This document shows, piece by piece, positions 30,133-40,146 of a stretch of 64,000 nt of DNA. Position numbers and translations under genes: made by a program. Below the pieces are notes generated by a model. That model saw nothing but the letters and a program-made list of their open reading frames with translations, made no database searches and had not been told where the DNA came from. The stretch is from a bacterium (GTDB taxonomy: Bacteria > SAR324 > XYD2-FULL-50-16 > G965216635), in contig OZ244188.1 in NCBI GenBank assembly GCA_965216635.1, forward strand, positions 800,001-864,000. The letters run 5' to 3'. How positions within the stretch are numbered: position 1 is the first letter of the stretch; each line of letters opens with the position of its first letter.

Positions 30133-30831
30133 CTATTTTGAAAAAGATTGTACTATAAATTTTTCTATATCTATTATTTCTTGCTCACAAACGCTGTGAG
30201 GCATACCAGAGTATTCTTTCCAAGTTGTAGCAATATTCATTTCTAATAAAGAATCCCGAGCCTGTTTGCCCAAAATCAAAGGAACTATAGGATCTTCTGT
30301 GCCGTGCCCTAAAAAAAAGTCAGGCATTGTTTTCTTATGTGATACAGTTTGAACATTTTCATTCATCTTCCTTGAATAATAAGCACTCTGCCAACCATTC
30401 GCTAGATAACAGGACAAGCCTATAACAGCTGAAATAGAATATTTACTTTTTAAACCTACTTCACAAGCCATAACTCCTCCTTGAGAAAATCCAGCTAAAA
30501 AAATATTCTTCTGTGTGATTCCTTTTTGGATATATTTCTCTAAAATTTTCTCTAAGGCTAAAAAAGATTCTTCTATATCCTCACTATTAGCACTAGATTT
30601 AATATCTATGTTTGTTATATCGTACCAAGCTCTCATCTCCATACCTTGGTTGATAGTAACTTTACGGATAGGGGCATTGGGAAATACAAAAATAGTGGGA
30701 TAGGTTTTATAAAAAGAAAAGGTGTCTACCAAAGAAAGAAAATCGGATGCGTCTGCTCCTAACCCGTGTAACCAAATAATAAGTTTTTGGGGATTTTCTC
30801 CCATTTTTCTTTCAATTATTTCCATTACCAA
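30133..30831 (-). CDS. Phospholipase/carboxylesterase (alpha/beta hydrolase)
   Basis: WLHGLGA, RAWYD, GFSQG, HGTEDPIV, PHSV. Confidence 0.92.
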   Translation of the reverse strand: MVMEIIERKMGENPQKLIIWLHGLGADASDFLSLVDTFSFYKTYPTIFVFPNAPIRKVTINQGMEMRAWYDITNIDIKSSANSEDIEESFLALEKILEKYIQKGITQKNIFLAGFSQGGVMACEVGLKSKYSISAVIGLSCYLANGWQSAYYSRKMNENVQTVSHKKTMPDFFLGHGTEDPIVPLILGKQARDSLLEMNIATTWKEYSGMPHSVCEQEIIDIEKFIVQSFSK

Positions 30832-32027
30832 GTAGAGCCTACCGCCAACTGAAAAGCTATTTCGCCTCGGTTAGAGACAGCATAGACAATTTTATAAATC
30901 AATTCTTCAGAGATGTGAAAACGGTATTCAATTCCATTGACTACAATAAAACTGTTATCTTGTGTTTTTACTTGTTGGTCATAAGACCTACCTCTTTCTA
31001 CAAAAAAAATAGGTTCCATCAAGGTTTTGGACAGATAAAAAGGGTAGCGGATTTCTAAAGCACTGTATTCTGTTTTAGAGCCTTTATAACGAAAAAGAGG
31101 CTCGCTTCTTAAAAATTGACTACCACCTAAAGAGGTAGCAGTGCCGTATTTGTTGTGTTGGCTGAGATTTTTAACAAGGTTTGTTTCTAAGGAATCACAT
31201 TCAAAAGCGTCTGTAGGGCATAGATCTCTAAAATGCGTTTTTAGTCCATTCTCACCAGAAACATCTGATACTTCTGGTTGAACAACTGAAACTGTGCCAT
31301 AAAAAAATCTTGGCACTATGTAGAGCGAACGAAATAAAGGAATATGAATATCCAAAGCATAATCTAATTTTGTCGTTCCACTATAAAAAGTATTTGTTTT
31401 TTGAGTACTACTTTTGATTTGAGAATAAATTTTCCAACCTCTTTCGGGAAGTACCTTTTCTGGATATTGCTGGAAACTATAAGAAATTCCAAAATTCTGT
31501 AAATTAGAATTGAGATTACCTAAATTGTTGCTGATTTTAATTTCTTGAAAATCTTCCGTTAAAAAACCCTTAAATTGCTGTTCTATCGTTCCAAAAGAAA
31601 GATTTAGTTTTAATTTATTGCGAGTAGTTAAATCAAAATCAACTCCCCCCCCAAAAATCAATCCTGAGAGAGAAGTTTTGTTGTAAAATAATTCTGCTTT
31701 TTTGCTGCCTCTAGTATAGGTGGATGGGATTTTTAAATCTTGGGCTTGAAATAGACTAGCTGAAATAAAACTTTTACCTAGTGGCAGTGGTATTTTGACA
31801 AGCGTTCCCCAAGCACTTTGCTTTCTTTCCGCTATTCCAACCCCAATGATAAATTCTTTTTCTAATTCACTTTTGTATTGAAAACCTGCTCCTAAAACCA
31901 CCCCCAACCCTTCTAATTTTAAAGGCACGGCAAAAAAATTTTTTTCTTGCGCTAAACAAATGTTAGAAAAAATAGTAACATTGAACAATAAACAAAGGCT
32001 TAAAAAAATATTTCTAAATAGTTTCAT
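30825..32027 (-). CDS. Predicted outer-membrane protein, possibly Omp85-like barrel
   Basis: Signal peptide, beta-rich, LGGSQFLRS...RYKG...EIRY, terminal W. Confidence 0.55.
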   Translation of the reverse strand: MKLFRNIFLSLCLLFNVTIFSNICLAQEKNFFAVPLKLEGLGVVLGAGFQYKSELEKEFIIGVGIAERKQSAWGTLVKIPLPLGKSFISASLFQAQDLKIPSTYTRGSKKAELFYNKTSLSGLIFGGGVDFDLTTRNKLKLNLSFGTIEQQFKGFLTEDFQEIKISNNLGNLNSNLQNFGISYSFQQYPEKVLPERGWKIYSQIKSSTQKTNTFYSGTTKLDYALDIHIPLFRSLYIVPRFFYGTVSVVQPEVSDVSGENGLKTHFRDLCPTDAFECDSLETNLVKNLSQHNKYGTATSLGGSQFLRSEPLFRYKGSKTEYSALEIRYPFYLSKTLMEPIFFVERGRSYDQQVKTQDNSFIVVNGIEYRFHISEELIYKIVYAVSNRGEIAFQLAVGSTW

Positions 32028-32115
32028 TTTAACTTTTCATTTTGGGTGTTTTATTTGTATAGTATTCTGAATAGAATAGATTATCAAATTTTTTTAAAAA
32101 ATCAATATAAAACCA

Positions 32116-34890
32116 ATGAGGTATTACATAAAGCAAAAAAAATGGGGAAGTTGGATTTTTTTATCACTCCTATTTTTGATTAGTATTCCATTTTTTGAGC
32201 CTATTACAAAAAAGATTAACACTTATATCTACTACGAAACCAATATTATTGATGGAAAAATATTCAATCTTTATCATCGTCTACCCGATTTAGAATGGTT
32301 TTATGAATATCAAAATCAACTTCCTATTTTTCTAGCTATTTTGAGTTTTTCTGCACTTTTTATTGCTCCTCTAAACTCCATTAACAATACTATTAAAGAT
32401 GGAAATTTATTGCAAGTAACCTATATCAGAGATAGGTTCAATTACTCCATAGTAGGACGGTATCTATTTTTAATCCTCATCATTATTGTGGTAGGACACT
32501 TTATTCTCACATTACTAATTCTCTTTTTTATTGTTACAGATATTTTTATTTTTTACCGCAGATACGCCAATTTTATTTTTAAAAATAATAGAGTAATGGT
32601 GCGATTTTTAAGTAGTAAAATTCGCGAGGAAAATAAAACTAGGAGTGTATTTTTAGAAACTTTTATAGAGGTGAAAGATATATTAGCTCGCTTTGAAAAA
32701 AAACATAAAAATTTAACAAGTGATTATAATACTTCCATCACTCTTGTTAGTCGCTTGGGAGTACAAGAAGTAGATAAAGGGAAACTTAAAAGTTTTTTAA
32801 CCTCTGCAAACCATAAAATCAATTTTTATGAAGATAAGAAAACTTCTTACAAAAAATTTTCTTATTTTCGTTCCTCTGTGTTTTTTGATTTTAGAGATTT
32901 TAAAATTTCCCTTGTTTTAGACTATAAAGAAAATAAAACTTTACAAAAATCTGATGAATATTCTGAATCTATTACTGCTTCGTTACAAAATGAATTTTAT
33001 AGAGTTTTTGACTATCTGAAGAAAAACCATTTTGAAGGAATTTTACCCTATTTGATGAGTGGTTTGGATGTTTATTTTTTTGATCTTTATAAAAAAAACG
33101 AGTTTAGAGTTCTGTTTTCTACTATTGATTTAATGCAAGAAGCTATCTCTCAAGCGGATCTGAGAATTGGCAGTGGTGTTTTTGATGTGTTAGATTTTTT
33201 TCATAAAATATTTAATGATTACAAAACAATGAATACTGTGCCTGTATTCAATGAAAAGATCTACCAATTATGGTTGGCAGTTTTTAAGAAAAGTATTTCC
33301 TTAGATAAAAATGTTATAGAGTTTCATTTTAGTAATTTTTGTTTCGGTTTAGAAAAAGGATTCATCAATAAATTGCATTTACAAAAATTCAATCTAGATA
33401 TAAAAACTGCTCTGCTTCAGAGCGAGAATTCTTTGCATAGTGATTTCATCTTTGCCTTTTTTAACTCCCTACTAAAAATAGCTGTGAGTATGAGTTGGAC
33501 AGAGTATGATTATGCTAATCAATTTGCCAAAAAAATCGCTTATTTTGGTGAAGAAATTTTTTTTGATGCTAACTTAAAAATCACACCAGAAAATAGAGAA
33601 CAAAGTCAATTAGATTCTAAGCAAGGATTGTTTCTACTTGCAGCCTATTGTTTGCAACAAAAAAAAAAGAATTTATGTATAAAAAGTTTAGCTCTTCTAA
33701 GAGATGACACGGTAACTGTTTTTTTACAATTTGCAGAAAACGAAGTATGGAGTCAAAAATGGCAATGGGAACAGTGGTTCAAAGAAGAAAAGGCAGATAG
33801 TAAAATTTTACAAAAAATAAATTTAAGAGATTTTGTTTGTTATCTATTACTTTTTTATTTAAAAAACGAAAAAAAAGCATCCAGCCTGTTAAAACAACAA
33901 AATTATAAAAAAGAGCATTTAAATTATTTAGAAAGGTTACATATCTTATGCAATCAAAAAAATAGATTGAAAATAACTTTAAAAAAAATCTTGCAAGATA
34001 CTTTTAAAAAAGAAATTCAGAGTCGTTCTGTTGCTATATTAGAAGAAAAAAAACTAGAACTATTTAAATATTGCAACGAAGAATACAAAAGTGAAAATAA
34101 ATTAGCAGATTTTATCAAATTCAATTCTGTATTATTCAAAGACAAAAGAATCAGTAATAAAAAAAGAAGTCTACAATGGATTCTTGCAAAAAAAAACTTT
34201 TTAGGAAAAAAAGCTTTAATATTAGAAGACTACGACCATCTTGCTGAAAATCTATTAGAATTAGAACATAGGCATTGTCTACAAAAAATATGCTCTGTTC
34301 TTAATATCAAACATATTTCTTACAAAGAATTATTCATAGAGATCATCCCTAAACTTTTAGAAGAAGAAGGAGTCAACATTTTATTTTTTGGAGATTCGTA
34401 TAAAATTAGAAGATTTTTTGAAAGTCAAGGAGAAAAAAATCAATTTTTACTTGAACTCAGCTTGCAAGTTTCTCAAAAGAAAGTTTTTTTTTCTATGCAC
34501 AATAAAGATTATGATTACCTGCAAACTAGATATTGGTTAATACATAATTTAGAAAAAAGAGCTATCTATTTTTTGCCTTATGTGAAGGAAAAAGGAATCT
34601 TTCTTTTTATTTATAAAAAAAGAGACAAATTTAAGCTAGTCTGTAATACATCTCAAGCAAACCTAGAAAATCAGCAAACAGGGCATATCAATTATGAGTT
34701 AAACTCACCCAGTTTAAATTCAAAAATTGCAGAAAATTTTTTTAAAAATGAAAATCTACACAGCCTATCCGATACAGAAAAAAAAGCTATCCTTTTAAAC
34801 AATTTTACCTTTAAAATCACTAGCTCTTTGGACTTGAGTTTACCAAAATCACAGCAGCTCTTTTCTAAGGTTTATCATATTACAAGGTAG
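32116..34890 (+). CDS. Large hypothetical protein with N-terminal TM helices
   Basis: 924-aa ORF. Confidence 0.75.
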   Translation: MRYYIKQKKWGSWIFLSLLFLISIPFFEPITKKINTYIYYETNIIDGKIFNLYHRLPDLEWFYEYQNQLPIFLAILSFSALFIAPLNSINNTIKDGNLLQVTYIRDRFNYSIVGRYLFLILIIIVVGHFILTLLILFFIVTDIFIFYRRYANFIFKNNRVMVRFLSSKIREENKTRSVFLETFIEVKDILARFEKKHKNLTSDYNTSITLVSRLGVQEVDKGKLKSFLTSANHKINFYEDKKTSYKKFSYFRSSVFFDFRDFKISLVLDYKENKTLQKSDEYSESITASLQNEFYRVFDYLKKNHFEGILPYLMSGLDVYFFDLYKKNEFRVLFSTIDLMQEAISQADLRIGSGVFDVLDFFHKIFNDYKTMNTVPVFNEKIYQLWLAVFKKSISLDKNVIEFHFSNFCFGLEKGFINKLHLQKFNLDIKTALLQSENSLHSDFIFAFFNSLLKIAVSMSWTEYDYANQFAKKIAYFGEEIFFDANLKITPENREQSQLDSKQGLFLLAAYCLQQKKKNLCIKSLALLRDDTVTVFLQFAENEVWSQKWQWEQWFKEEKADSKILQKINLRDFVCYLLLFYLKNEKKASSLLKQQNYKKEHLNYLERLHILCNQKNRLKITLKKILQDTFKKEIQSRSVAILEEKKLELFKYCNEEYKSENKLADFIKFNSVLFKDKRISNKKRSLQWILAKKNFLGKKALILEDYDHLAENLLELEHRHCLQKICSVLNIKHISYKELFIEIIPKLLEEEGVNILFFGDSYKIRRFFESQGEKNQFLLELSLQVSQKKVFFSMHNKDYDYLQTRYWLIHNLEKRAIYFLPYVKEKGIFLFIYKKRDKFKLVCNTSQANLENQQTGHINYELNSPSLNSKIAENFFKNENLHSLSDTEKKAILLNNFTFKITSSLDLSLPKSQQLFSKVYHITR

Positions 34891-34913
34891 GTATTTGTGA
34901 ATCAGACTAATGT

Positions 34914-35170
34914 GAGACTGTTGAATCAGGCATTACAAGAAAGCTAGACAAGGCGCGAAAATTTTTAGCTCGCAGGAATACTCAAGTATTTCAAGAGTTA
35001 AAAATTTTTTTCAACGCTGTATAGGCTAAACAGAACGCAAATTCAAAAGTCTATAACCTTTATTTTGCGTCAAGCAATAAGAGCATCTTGAGTGATAAAA
35101 AATTTGAGTAAGCAAGCAGTATAGCCGAGCCGTTCTATTAATATGGGAGAATGCCTAATTCAACAGTCTC
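34914..35170. mobile_element. Composite MITE-like element containing both end types
   Basis: GAGACTGTTGAAT start, internal AATTCAAAAGTCTA at 35053, outer end ATTCAACAGTCTC; flanks TAATGT/TAATAT. Confidence 0.75.
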
Positions 35171-36120
35171 TAATATGCTTTGTTTTCTACAAAATCTATT
35201 ACCTTTGCAGAAAGATTTTGCTCAGAAAAATGGCTAGCCTCTTGGATGCCAGTAGGAGAAGTGACATTAACTTCTATTAAATGTTCTCCTATAATATCTA
35301 TACCCACAAAATAAAGTCCAAGTTTTTTTAAATAAGGCGACAGTTCAGCTACAATTTCTTTATCTTTTGGAGTTATTTCAGCAGCCTTTGCCTTACCTCC
35401 AGTAAAAAAATTATTGCGGTGTTCTTCTGGACTAGCCACTCTTAAAACAGAGCCTAGTATATCCCCATTGAGCAAAAGAATTCTTTTATCTCCGAGGGAT
35501 TTTGCAGCAGGCAAGTAGCTTTGTAACATAATTTCTTCGCTAAAATTTTTGCTTAAAACTTCTAAAGCTACAGAAGTGTTGGTATCACCTATTTTTAATT
35601 TAAAAATAGCACTACCGCCAAAACCATCTAGCGGTTTAGCAATAATTTCTTTTTCTTTTTCTAAAAAAGCTAAACAATCTTCTCTTTTGCGAGTAATACA
35701 AGTATTAGGGAGTAATTTTGGAAATCGAGTAGCCCAGATTTTTTCATTGACCGACCGTACTCCAGTCGGGTCGTTCAGTACAAAACAATCTTTTTTTGCA
35801 AGATCTAAAAACCAAGTATGATTCAAATATTCTAAATGAAAAGGAGGTTCTAAACGGATGAAAATAGCTTGAATTTCTGTTGCAGAAAATATTTTATGGT
35901 TTTTTTTAGAGCTGGCACCCAAGATTAATTTTTTTTTCCTTCTATCTGGGATAGCCTCATACACTCTAAAAAAAACTTCTCCAGCTTCTATTCTGATCTC
36001 CCCTTTAGGCAAATAAAAAATTTCGTGTCCCCGTGCAAAAGATTCTTCCATCAAAGCAAAACTAGTGTCCTTTTGAATGGACATCTTTTTAGGGTCATCT
36101 ATTAGATATAAAAATTTCAT
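35170..36120 (-). CDS. gshB: Glutathione synthetase
   Basis: KDTSFALM, NEK, KPLDGFGG, GDKRILL, EVNVTSPTG. Confidence 0.95.
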   Translation of the reverse strand: MKFLYLIDDPKKMSIQKDTSFALMEESFARGHEIFYLPKGEIRIEAGEVFFRVYEAIPDRRKKKLILGASSKKNHKIFSATEIQAIFIRLEPPFHLEYLNHTWFLDLAKKDCFVLNDPTGVRSVNEKIWATRFPKLLPNTCITRKREDCLAFLEKEKEIIAKPLDGFGGSAIFKLKIGDTNTSVALEVLSKNFSEEIMLQSYLPAAKSLGDKRILLLNGDILGSVLRVASPEEHRNNFFTGGKAKAAEITPKDKEIVAELSPYLKKLGLYFVGIDIIGEHLIEVNVTSPTGIQEASHFSEQNLSAKVIDFVENKAY

Positions 36121-36203
36121 TCTTGATTTATTTTCTAAAATATATTATAGATAATAGATAAAAAAATACATATTTCAAACTATTAAAATTTTTTTATTGT
36201 TAT

Positions 36204-36352
36204 AAGAGCATTGCATGTGTTATGTGACGGAAGAACGTCTTTTTGCAAATAGTATATCCCTTATTTTGTGTTAAGCAATAAGAGTATTTTGAGTGATAAA
36301 AAATTTAATCAACGCAGTATAGCTGAACTAGAATGTCTAATTAGACAGTCTC
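36204..36352. repeat. Eroded MITE-like element
   Basis: gagtgataaaaaattt...caacgcagtatagctgaactagaatgtctaatt shared with 25407 and 35054 copies. Confidence 0.65.
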
Positions 36353-36379
36353 TATTTTAGAATCAATTCAAATAGCCTT

Positions 36380-37066
36380 ATGGATTTACTCTATGGATTT
36401 GAAAAAAGCTTACTGGAAGGAGCTTTAGTTACTTTTCTAGTATCCATTTTTTCTATGGTTGTTATTCTTTTTTTGGGTGGAGTAGGAGCTATCGCTAAAC
36501 TCTCTTCTTTTTTACCTTTCCGTTTTATAGCCAATTTTTATACTACTCTCTTCAGAGGAGTCCCTGATTTAGTGATGCTTTTACTTATCTATTTTGGGGG
36601 ACAGGTTTTGCTCAACCAAACCCTTTATGCTGTAGGTTATGAAGAATATGTGGAAATCAGTCCTTTTAGTGCAGGAGTTTTTGCTATAGGTTTAATCTAC
36701 GGAGCCTATATGACAGAAACCTTTCGCGGTGCCCTTTTAGCTGTTCCTAAAGGACAACCAGAAGCGGCGCAAGCTTTTGGATTCACTTCTTTTCAAATTT
36801 TCATACATGTCACTCTTTTTCCTTTAATGCGGAATGCAATTGCAGGTATTAATAATATTTGGCAGGTAGCTTTGAAAGCGACAGCTTTGGTATCTATTAT
36901 AGGTTTAGACGATATAGTCCGCAAAGCAGGGCTTGCGGCTGGAGCTACCAAAAAACCTTTCGTATTTTATTTAGCAGTTTGCATTATTTACCTTATTTTT
37001 ACTTTTCTCTCTGGATTGTTATTTCGTTATCTTGAGAGTAAGTTACAAAAACCCTTTACAAAATAG
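36380..37066 (+). CDS. Polar amino acid ABC permease (HisQ/ArtQ-like)
   Basis: FRGVPDLV, GAYMTETFRGA, EAA loop. Confidence 0.9.
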   Translation: MDLLYGFEKSLLEGALVTFLVSIFSMVVILFLGGVGAIAKLSSFLPFRFIANFYTTLFRGVPDLVMLLLIYFGGQVLLNQTLYAVGYEEYVEISPFSAGVFAIGLIYGAYMTETFRGALLAVPKGQPEAAQAFGFTSFQIFIHVTLFPLMRNAIAGINNIWQVALKATALVSIIGLDDIVRKAGLAAGATKKPFVFYLAVCIIYLIFTFLSGLLFRYLESKLQKPFTK

Positions 37067-37090
37067 CGGCAAAATAATGCCAAAATAATA

Positions 37091-37777
37091 ATGGACTTCT
37101 CTATAATTTTTGAAAACATAGGTTTCTATCTTGAAGGTCTGGTGGTGACATTAGAATTGGTTTTTGTATCACTGATTTTAGGTTTTTTTATAGCCTTAGC
37201 TTTAGCTCTAATGCTGACGAACCTAAAAAATTCTATTTGGACTTATCCCATTAAAAGCTATATCTATTTTTTTAGAGGCACTCCTCTTTTGGTACAAATA
37301 TTTTTGATTTATTACGGATTTTCTCAATTTGAATGGATCAGAGACAGCTTTGCTTGGGTCTACCTATCGGAAGCTTTTCCTTGCGCTCTTTTAGCCTTAA
37401 CTCTAAATACTGCAGCCTATAGCTGTGAAATAATACGCGTAGCAATAAAGACTACAGAACTTGCAGAAGAAGAAGCAGGTAAAGCTTTTGGAATGACTAC
37501 TTTTCAACTTTACCAAAAAATTATTTTGCCGTCCTCTTTCCGAAGAATGATACCCAGCTATTCTAACGAAGTTATTTTTATGCTACACGGTAGCGCAGTA
37601 GTCAGCACAATCACTCTAGTAGATTTAACGGGAGTAGCTCGTATTATCAATTCCAAGTATTTCAGCCCCTACGAAGCCTACATCACCAGTGGTTTGATTT
37701 ATCTAATCATTACCATATTGATCACCAATGCTTCTAAATATCTGGAGAAACGTTATCTTAAACACCTAGAAAATTAA
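37091..37777 (+). CDS. Polar amino acid ABC permease (HisM/ArtM-like)
   Basis: FRGTPLLVQ, NEVIFMLH. Confidence 0.9.
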   Translation: MDFSIIFENIGFYLEGLVVTLELVFVSLILGFFIALALALMLTNLKNSIWTYPIKSYIYFFRGTPLLVQIFLIYYGFSQFEWIRDSFAWVYLSEAFPCALLALTLNTAAYSCEIIRVAIKTTELAEEEAGKAFGMTTFQLYQKIILPSSFRRMIPSYSNEVIFMLHGSAVVSTITLVDLTGVARIINSKYFSPYEAYITSGLIYLIITILITNASKYLEKRYLKHLEN

Positions 37778-37868
37778 TAAGCAAAGAATTAATAAGCACC
37801 ACTACAATAGGCTCATATTCTAAATAAAAAACTATCCACCTACCTTTTAGTTTTTTTTAATACCACAG

Positions 37869-38067
37869 GAGACTTTTGAATTTGCCAAATAGGACAAAAC
37901 TAGCTGTTTAGTCAAAACAATCGTTAAAAAAAAATTTTTAACTCTTGCCATTTGTGAAGAAATGATCTTCAGTATTTCTACGAGCTAAAAATTTTTTTTG
38001 CACTTTCCAACCATTTGGCTAGCCGTCACAGCTAGTTTTATTCTATTTGGCAAATTCAAAAGGTCTA
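37869..38067. mobile_element. MITE-like element with extended terminal inverted repeats
   Basis: TTTTGAATTTGCCAAATAGGACAAAACTAGCTGT ... ACAGCTAGTTTTATTCTATTTGGCAAATTCAAAA. Confidence 0.85.
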
Positions 38068-38076
38068 AACTATTTT

Positions 38077-38685
38077 CTACAAGTCAGCTTTGAGGTTTTG
38101 CCTGCCCTCAAAGGCTTTATTTAAGGTAGCCTTATCTGAATATTTAATATCTCCCCCTGAAGGTAGTCCACAAGCAATACGGGTGATTTGCACAGATTCT
38201 TCTTTTAGATGTTGACAGAGATAATGAGCGGTGGCCTCTCCTTCAATGGTGGGATTCGTTGCTATAATTAACTCGCTGGGTTTATCTTTTTTGATTCTAT
38301 TGGTTAGCTCTGTGATTCTCAGTTTATCAGGACTGATTCCCTCTAGTGGTGATAACACTCCTTCTAGGACATGGTATAGCCCCCTAAAAGCAGAGCTGTT
38401 TTCTATGTTTAAAACATTTTCCCTTTCTTCTACTACACAAATAATATTGCCATCTCTGGAAAAATCATCACAATAAAGACATTTGTTCGCTTCTTTGAGG
38501 CAAAAACAAATAGGGCAAACAAAAACTTCTTCTTTGAGCTCAATAATAGCCCGCCCTAATTTATCTAAAATTTCTTGGTCTTGGGAAAGTAAATAGAAAC
38601 TCAGCCTTTTTGCTGAACGAGGCCCTATGGATGGCAATCTAGAAAATTCTTGTATTAATCTTTCTAGGGCTTTGGGGTATTTCAC
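38077..38685 (-). CDS. recR: Recombination mediator RecR
   Basis: LPSIGPRSA HhH, C4 zinc finger, ATNPTIEGEATA Toprim. Confidence 0.97.
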   Translation of the reverse strand: MKYPKALERLIQEFSRLPSIGPRSAKRLSFYLLSQDQEILDKLGRAIIELKEEVFVCPICFCLKEANKCLYCDDFSRDGNIICVVEERENVLNIENSSAFRGLYHVLEGVLSPLEGISPDKLRITELTNRIKKDKPSELIIATNPTIEGEATAHYLCQHLKEESVQITRIACGLPSGGDIKYSDKATLNKAFEGRQNLKADL

Positions 38686-39008
38686 TTTTTTTCCAAGAAA
38701 TTTTTTTGTACGCCAGAAATCATATCACTAAGATCAGGTGTGGATTCTTTTTTAATTTTCTGAATTGCTTGGTTAAAGGCTAACACAACAAGCTCTTCTA
38801 GAGTTGTTTTTTCTTTAGAACTTAAAAGCTCTTCATCTATTTTTAGATTTTTAACTTCCATATTTTCACTGATTTCTAGTTCTACCATACCACCTCCAAC
38901 AGATACAGAATGAAATTTATTTTTTCCTTCTTCTTTTTTTTTCTGCAGCTCTTTTTGAAATTCTTGAGCTTGCTTCATTATTTGGTTTAGGTCTATCCCT
39001 TCAAACAT
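38682..39008 (-). CDS. ybaB: YbaB/EbfC nucleoid-associated protein
   Basis: MKQAQ, GGGMV, LEELVVLAFN; upstream of recR. Confidence 0.92.
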   Translation of the reverse strand: MFEGIDLNQIMKQAQEFQKELQKKKEEGKNKFHSVSVGGGMVELEISENMEVKNLKIDEELLSSKEKTTLEELVVLAFNQAIQKIKKESTPDLSDMISGVQKNFLEKK

Positions 39009-39159
39009 AATTTTTATTTCTTTAAATTTAGGTTTTGATAACTTTTTAAGAAGTCAAATAACATTATTTTTAATAACTAATTTTAAACAAGTTATTAGTT
39101 TAGTCTACATTTTTTATAAAAAAAAAACAAGAATCTTGAACTTCTACAAGATCTTTAGT

Positions 39160-40140
39160 TTAGTTTTCATTTACATAACCGTACTTAATGAGTTTTTTTT
39201 TATCTAAATGATGTTTTTTAGCAAAAGAATCAAGATTTTTAATCGTAAATAATCTAGACAATCTTTTTGTTAAATTTTCATCAGGCTTATAATGTGGCAC
39301 TACCTTTGTATTCCATTTGATGTGATGGAAGAATAAAAATTTATTCCAGAAAAATCTTAAAAAATGCAATCTATAAGGTACTATTTTTTCGGACAACCAC
39401 TCGTCTAGTGATTTTACAACAGGTGGATTAAAGTGTCTTGTTTTTGTTTTTTTTGTGATATGCTGTGCTTTTTGCAAAAACCCAGTACTAATATAGTTTT
39501 CTTCAACACCTAATAAATTCGCCAAAATTCTAAAGTAAGTTTGTCTATCGTGGAGCAAATCTTCAAACAACAATACAGTTTTATTTGAAAAATATTGACT
39601 CACTATTGATAGGTATTGTTCATAAAAAAACATAATATATTTTGCATTATGTGGATCATTGAATAGATGCTGGGTGAATTTTATAAAAGTATCGTTTTCT
39701 TTTTGATAGTGGTAAACCCAACGATACATTTCAAGATATAAAGAAAAAATAAAATCAACGGGCAATCTTAGTGATAATAAACAGTGAATATCACAAGAGG
39801 AAAAAACAAATTGAAGTTGTTTGAAAATATTGTTTAAATCTATTCCTTTAACTAAGGTATCGCTTATATTTTCTTCGCTTAAAATATTGAGTTTGTCTTT
39901 ACTAAGTAACTGTTCAGTCGCTATTTTTAGCTGGTAAAGTCTATCTTTAGTGAGTTTTTTTTTAATCTCATTGAGAATATCACCAAATGGATAGTGCATG
40001 GTTCTTCTATTATTGCGATCTACACCCAAAAAATTAATCTTGCCTTTTTTATGTAAAGGTAAACAGATATTGTGTTGAAAACTAGTAGTTGCCGTTTTAT
40101 GTAAACCGATATGCAATAATAGTTTATATTGCTTTTGCAT
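39160..40140 (-). CDS. Sulfotransferase-like P-loop protein
   Basis: LHIGLHKTATTSFQ PAPS-binding-type loop, LSEEN, LRLP..S, FEDL. Confidence 0.65.
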   Translation of the reverse strand: MQKQYKLLLHIGLHKTATTSFQHNICLPLHKKGKINFLGVDRNNRRTMHYPFGDILNEIKKKLTKDRLYQLKIATEQLLSKDKLNILSEENISDTLVKGIDLNNIFKQLQFVFSSCDIHCLLSLRLPVDFIFSLYLEMYRWVYHYQKENDTFIKFTQHLFNDPHNAKYIMFFYEQYLSIVSQYFSNKTVLLFEDLLHDRQTYFRILANLLGVEENYISTGFLQKAQHITKKTKTRHFNPPVVKSLDEWLSEKIVPYRLHFLRFFWNKFLFFHHIKWNTKVVPHYKPDENLTKRLSRLFTIKNLDSFAKKHHLDKKKLIKYGYVNEN

Positions 40141-40146
40141 ATTTCT

